Below, one piece after another: positions 54,614 to 64,000 of a stretch of DNA of 64,000 nt (position 1 is its first letter; every line of letters begins with the position of its first letter). Made by a program: the position numbers and the translations under genes. The notes beneath the pieces were generated by a model. It was not told the DNA's origin. It ran no database searches and worked only from the letters and a program-made list of their open reading frames with translations. The stretch is from the human T2T-CHM13v2.0 reference genome, Homo sapiens. Where the stretch lies: the NCBI RefSeq assembly GCF_009914755.1, contig NC_060928.1. The stretch is one strand, 5' to 3'.

Positions 54614-54640
<27 letters not shown>
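54342..54640 (+). mobile_element. AluS (Sg-like) with (TA)n tail
   Basis: Full dimer, ggatcacaaggtcagg 2-bp deletion; (TA)n at 54614-54640. Confidence 0.96.
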
Positions 54641-54645
<5 letters not shown>

Positions 54646-54812
54646 CCATGTAGTTTCTGCCAATAATTTATACTTTTCTGTTTTTTTTTCTTCTAGTTCA
54701 AAGTTAACCTTTTGAAGGCAATGTTGTTTCTTAGATACCCTTATTTAATGCTTGAGTTTATGACATACCTGAAGTGACAGAGTTATGGAGTGGCCTTGCT
54801 GAGACCTTTCCT

Positions 54813-54816
54813 CTGT

Positions 54817-54848
<32 letters not shown>
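54813..54848. repeat. (TG)n microsatellite
   Basis: Seen directly. Confidence 0.95.
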
Positions 54849-55124
54849 AGGTGTGTCCCTCACATTGGAGAAGTCACAGATGCAAAGGCACTTTGCAGTC
54901 TGTGAAATACTACAAATGTATTAAAAACCTCTGCATCCTGGAGTCTTTAAGTATCCCTCCCCAAAACAGCACAATTCTTCTCTTCCGAAACCTAAGTGAT
55001 TTAAGAAGTAAAACCAGATAAGCATAGAGGCCCAGACAGAAGCTTTGTTGCCACCAAAGCCTCGAAGGCTTAGCTTGCTGTCAGCGCAAGATGGGTGAGC
55101 TCACTGAATTTATAGAAACAGGCA

Positions 55125-56065
<941 letters not shown>

Positions 56066-56526
56066 CAGAATTTGTCACTCTGGTGAATCATTCCACCTCT
56101 TCAGGGAGGATGGAGTAAAGTGGACAGAGAAAGATCTTAAATGCGTTTAGGAAAACAAAACTCCGTCTTTATGGAATCCACAAGTGGCACAAGGCATCCC
56201 CTCCTCTAGCCCTGAGACTCTAGGGGCCTCTGTTGGGAGGGCCAAAGGAATGAATAAAAACACATGTCAAATCTGCAACTGTGATGCTCCACTGAGTCTC
56301 CTGACAGGACACCGTTAACATCTCCGCAACACCAAAGTCAATGAAAAATCAAACACGATAAGTGTTCCTTCTCCATTTCCTCCACTTTATTAATTTTTTT
56401 GCAGAGCCTTAGAAAAGGTCATTGTAGGAGATTACAGTATACCCCAAAAGTCTTTAGAGTTCCCCAGAGGAAATATTGTAACCAATAGATTTCCTTCCAT
56501 TTGATGCCTTTTTAGTAGTTGATGCC

Positions 56527-56552
56527 AAAAAAAAAAAAAAAAAAAAAAAAAA
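56527..56552. repeat. A26 homopolymer
   Basis: Seen directly. Confidence 0.95.
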
Positions 56553-56724
56553 CCTGTTGTTTTTAACCAGTTTCCAAGTGAGCAAATCCTGTGTGATTAA
56601 GAGAAGAAAAAATAAGAACAACAACAAAAATACATCGCTAGGATATGTTTAGGTGTGAGAAAGGGCTGAAATATGCCCAGTATTGTCTTTTATTCACAGT
56701 CTCAGGCAGTGTTGAAAAGTACAG

Positions 56725-56935
56725 ACCCAGGAGGCCCATGGCCGGGTTCGCACCTCCAGCACCTCTGCACACAAGCTCTATGATTTCTTTGTGCCTCAGT
56801 TTCTTCCTCATAGGATGAGATAATAATAGTAGTTCACATGAAGAAATAATGTAAGCATTAAATAAGCTACTGTATAAAAAAAGCTCAGTGCAGAGTCTGA
56901 CGTGTGGCAAAGGCTATTTAAGTGCATGTGTACTT
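56725..56935 (+). mobile_element. MIR
   Basis: tttctttgtgcctcagtttcttcctcataggatgagataataatagt...aagctcagtgcagagtctgac. Confidence 0.8.
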
Positions 56936-57053
56936 ATAGCACTGTGGCGTATGGAGCGGCCTGAAGAACATCTATTCCAGGTAACTGAAGCAGCAGATTT
57001 TATGAGGACTTATATGTTTCGTCAAGTGGGTCCCTTTCTCTGGACACCATTAG

Positions 57054-57504
<451 letters not shown>

Positions 57505-57782
57505 AGGGAAGTTCTTCGGTGCAAACACTGAAATCAGATGAGGGACACTTGGTACAATGGGGTGCTGATTTTCTAGAGCCACCTTCACTCTCGGGAACAG
57601 AGGCAGGTCAGGACAGGGAGAAGAGAAGGGAATGATGCTTATTGAATATAAAGTGTGTGCCAGGCCACTGTGTTGGGCATGGGTATACATTTCCATATGT
57701 ATATATGTATGTGCATATAAATTGTATATGTATATGCATGCATGCATGTGTGTGCATGTGTGACTGTGTGTATTTGTGTGAG

Positions 57783-58220
57783 TGTATAGTAATTTGTTTC
57801 TTAGAGCTGCCATGGCAAATTACTGTAAATGTGGTCCCTTAAAACAGTAGGAGCTTTCCATTTCACAGTTCTGGAGGCCAGGAATCTGAAGGCTCAATGA
57901 GAGAATCCCTTCTTGCCTCTTCTCGCTTAAGGTGGTTCCTGAATTCCCTGTTGTGTGGCCACATCGCCCCACCCTCTGTCTTTGTTTTCACATGGCCTTC
58001 TCCTCACTGTCTCAGACCTCTTCTGCCTTTCTCTTGTAAGGACATTTGATGTTAAATTTAGGAAAAAACTGGATAATTCAGGATAATCTCATCTTGAGAT
58101 CCCTAATCCCCCAATCTCCCAATTACATTTACAAAGGCCCTTTCCCAAATAAGGTCATATTCAGAGGTTCTGGGGGTGAGGATGAGGACTTATATTTCAG
58201 ATGGGGCTCACCATTCAATT
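57783..58220 (-). mobile_element. MLT1C MaLR LTR
   Basis: cacagttctggaggccagga...gagaatcccttcttgcctcttc...tttcccaaataaggtcatattcagaggttctgggggt. Confidence 0.85.
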
Positions 58221-59398
58221 GTCTCTGTCTCTGTCTCTCTGTCTCTCTCTATATGTATATGTATACACATACATATATATATATATCTGTGTATATACAC
58301 AAAGATATAAATACACATTTATACACGTACATATATATACTCTATATATTTAATTTTATTTGATGCTAACAGAAAATACTGAGCTGGCAGAGAAGTGTAA
58401 AGCAAAAATGCTTCTGAAGAAATGGAATGTGCATTTAGATCGACCCTCTCCCAGCTGCATCCAGGTGCAAAGGTGCAGAGGTGCACCGGCACAGGGAGAA
58501 GGAAGGAGCCTGAGCTGGTACCTGCTCGCCCTGGCTCCCCTTGGGGGTAACTTGCTTCCATGCAGAGGCCAGGCTGGAGATTCTGCACATTTCTAATGAA
58601 AATACTCACACAGATATCTGAACTTATGAGTGTCCCTATTTCTGCTTAAATAAAATTTCAGCATACATATTTTGATTAATGTCCTTTTTCCAGCGAATGG
58701 CAATGTCAAAAGATCAGAGAATTAGAGAGCACATTGCTGAGAAATGTGACAAGAATGAAGAAGGCACAGAGACCCAGGAAAGGGATGTCCCTGTCCTCGG
58801 CAGCTTCATCTGTGGGCGGTAAAACTTATGCTACTGCTACCTGCCCAGGAAGGCTGACAACTGTGTTAATGAACTGAAAATGAATTCTGCTCATTATTTT
58901 AAGTCATTTGAACTTGAAACTATACTGCCTTTAACAAGCAACCTATTTAATGGGCTGTAGATAGCTAGAAATACTAATTAATAACCTCTTTGTTGGACTG
59001 TTCACAATATTAAAATTCAGTCATGGTAATTTGAGTACAATGTTAGAGTTAAACATGCACAACCAAAGACAAAGCACATAACAAAGTGAATCTATTTTTC
59101 AATAATGGCTTCATTTTGATATCTGTTTTCCCCTTAAAAACAATGTCTTGTGTCTGCCTAAACAACAGACATGGAAATTCCCTTTTGGATGACATACATG
59201 TGGAATCAGAACTCAATTTTGAAAACTATACTTCTAGAGAACATGAGTTAAACTGGCCCAGTTAAGATGGATCCAGGACCTGCCAGGCCATGCAGTGTTT
59301 CACTGCCCAGCTTTTCAGTCCACGCTCTGAATGATCCACAGCCTCTTGTCCTGTGGTACCATCCCATAAGCACCTTTTCACTCTCACTGGTACCCTGG

Positions 59399-59962
59399 TC
59401 AGCAGAAAAGAGTTAATGGAGCAGAGCAGAGACTGCTCTCCTTAGAAAAGCCTTCTTGCCAAGCTGGCCTTTGGATTGTCTCTGGGAACTTTGCTGGCAT
59501 ATAGTTCCCTACACGGATATAAACTTTCCCTAACTAAGTGTGGCTCATTGTGACTAGATGGTTTGTACAAATAGTATGGTTTATGCTGCTTTCCTTCTGG
59601 GAGTGTGGCATTTGGTCTGTGCTAGGCAAAGGTGCCATGTGACCAGCACTCAGTAAACATGTTGGGCACTGACCCACTGATAGATTTCTCTGGGCAGATA
59701 TATTGTACACAGGTCTCTGTGTTTTCACTGCTGGGGGAAGGTGTGCTCTGAATGATCCTTCGTAGGAAATAGAGAACATAAGGAAGCCTGACATGGATTC
59801 CTACACACTCTTCCTATGTGTATTTCCTGTATTCTCTGCCCATGTATCCTTGCTATATCACCGTAATAAATCATAGTTGTGAGTGCAATCATACATGCAG
59901 AATCCCACAAGTCCTCATGAACCTCCAAATGCAGGTGTGGTCTTGTGGATCCCTGGCATACA
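59399..59962 (+). mobile_element. MER68-type ERVL LTR
   Basis: gcagaaaagagttaa...gagactgctctccttagaaa...gtaataaatcatag...ggtcttgtggatccctggcataca. Confidence 0.78.
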
Positions 59963-60989
59963 AGGGTTTGGTGATGGATTATCTTGACCGAGTTACACAG
60001 TGACCCCAAAAGTAGTTAAGGGCTAAAATAAGTATTTTAATTTTAAAGATGAGAGAAAGAAGCTCAGGGAGAATCTATAAGACTTGCCCAGGCTCACCCA
60101 GCTCTTATGTAGGAGAGACAGGATCGCAACCTGAGCTTTTTATCTGCAGGTTAGGAGAATTTCATGTAGAGGAAAGTGATGTACCAGGAATTAAACCTCA
60201 CTTCACACTTTCTAAAGGGAGAGATGGAATGAATGGCTATTCTCAGAGAATCAGTCTTCACCTTTGCAATGAAGGTCATCACATCCAAAATAATGATTAC
60301 AGTAAGGATGGAGAACACAGGATGCCCAGCCCACTGCCTGACACACGCAGGACACACGCTAAGAATGTTAGCTACTTGCTGCTTCTCCCTTGTCCCATTC
60401 CCATTGCTGGCTCCAAGTACCAGCATCCCCTCTCTAACAGCAAAGCCTGAAGATCCATTACAATACAGATCACACTAACAATCTGAGCTTTTTTGTGTTA
60501 TGGTGCTTTAGAGAGAAATAAAATTGTTCAGATGAAATGTCAGCTTTTGTTTGATAAACTGCTGAGCTCTGGTCACTGGGGCTGTTCAGATTTTCACACA
60601 TCCTGTCCTAACAATAACAAAGACAGAGCAAGTTAGGAAGCGATGAGCATGTTACCCTGGACAGGCTGATGGCTTGAGCATCCAGAACTCCCCAAGTCGG
60701 TTTTGTCAAAGGAGACAAGCTGGGATGATGACAGCTGATTTGAGATTGGAAGAACCATCTCTCCCTCCTGGTCTGCTCTCTCCTACCCAAGGGCAGCCAT
60801 TGTCTTCTTGTTCCCGTGGCTCTGACATTTATGCCTTTGTGGAGTAAAGTGATAGAAGAGAGAGGAAAGCTGAACCCTAATTCATCATGGACATCAGAGC
60901 TCTTAGACATGAGAGCTCTTCCTGGTAGGTTCACGGCAGCAGCAGAGGCTGAGGCAATTAGCTGGAAAATAGAAGCAAGAGTATTAGAA

Positions 60990-61190
60990 AAGCGCTAACA
61001 TTTACTGTGCACCAAAATTGTGTGAGAAGACACTGAATCTCTCTTCCACACAACCTTCCTGTGGGGTAGAAATTCCCATCTCACAGATGAAGAACCAAGT
61101 GTGTCCCAGGTGGCTAAGTGATTTGACCAGAAACACCCAGCTAGTAGGAGAAATAGGATCAAAGACTATATATAGTCTTTCGATTACTAC
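60990..61190 (-). mobile_element. MIR
   Basis: ttcccatctcacagatgaagaacc...gctaagtgatttgacc...cacccagctagtag. Confidence 0.7.
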
Positions 61191-61333
61191 ATTTTTTTTT
61201 TCTCACAACTTCAGCAGCTTTACTGGTCAATGAGCTTCTTACAGGTGCTAGGCTTTGTGAAAAACAGCATGGATAGAGTGACTGGATCCTGGTCTACGGA
61301 GGAAGATAAATTCAAATGCTCACAAGATGGGTA

Positions 61334-62345
<1,012 letters not shown>

Positions 62346-62658
62346 TACTATTGGTGTTCTTTATGCTGCCTCAGTTAAGGTTGGTTTCAGAAGCAGAGTC
62401 AAGACTGGGTTGTGATGAGGTGGGGTCTTTCATTTGGGATAGTTGTGAGAGCCAGAGAAGGTGGGAAAAGGAATAAAAAGCAGTGTATGGACCCACCTCC
62501 TCGACCCTCACTGTCTCAAGGCACCATGATGAAGAGCTCCTACTGCACTGAGTGTACAGCCTGGTTAGGTGCTAGCCCAGCACCTACTAGAAGTAACTCC
62601 TGATTCTAGGCAAGTCATTCCCCCTTCTAGAAATTGTTCTCAACTTGCGTGCTTTATA

Positions 62659-62704
62659 TTGGGTTGGTGCAAAAGTAATTGCGGTTTTTCCCACCAAAAG
62701 TAAT
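62659..62704. mobile_element. Half MADE1 (Hsmar1 MITE)
   Basis: TA + ttgggttggtgcaaaagtaattgcggttttt is the Hsmar1/MADE1 TIR; second arm absent. Confidence 0.85.
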
Positions 62705-62985
62705 TTAAAAAGTTAATATTTTAAAAGTTCAAATTTAAAACTAATTTTAAAATTAAAAGTAAGTTTTTTTTTTTTTGGATGTCAGGTAAGTTTATTGAAT
62801 CATTATTTTAAAAATCTTATTTGCTTACTCACAGAGCCTATTTTTTCAGAAGTCTTAATAATCACATTTTACATGCTTACAAATGCTTGCTGGTGTCAGG
62901 CTCTGCTCTATGAATTCCACATGTACAGCTCATTCATTCTTGTAGCAGTCCCAGGAGGAATGGCTTCTTGCTTTCTCCATTTCAC

Positions 62986-64000
<1,015 letters not shown>

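Overview
This is primate genomic DNA. Alu, THE1/MST and L1PA2-type elements point to human or another African great ape. It looks intronic or intergenic and is roughly half transposon-derived: L2, MIR, MaLR/ERVL solo LTRs, hAT and Tc1/mariner relics, 10 Alus plus a FLAM monomer, and L1s of several ages. I find no recognisable host protein-coding gene, RNA gene, CpG island or CRISPR-like array. Every long ORF I can identify is an L1 ORF1/ORF2 remnant. Repeat family and subfamily names come from my recall of consensus sequences, not from a database search. TSDs and inverted repeats were read directly from the sequence. I see no convincing new biological system. The best leads are: (i) two young L1 copies 45.6 kb apart that share non-L1HS variants, including the same ORF2 frameshift producing an overlapping stop/start (ATGA); (ii) a 67-bp-arm near-perfect inverted repeat next to a second AT-rich palindrome at 38.1-38.4 kb; (iii) short + strand candidate exons (26342-26413 with a strong Kozak ATG, 35881-35933, 2257-2308); (iv) a CpG-retaining CTCF/FOX/CCAAT motif cluster at ~41.8-42.0 kb.
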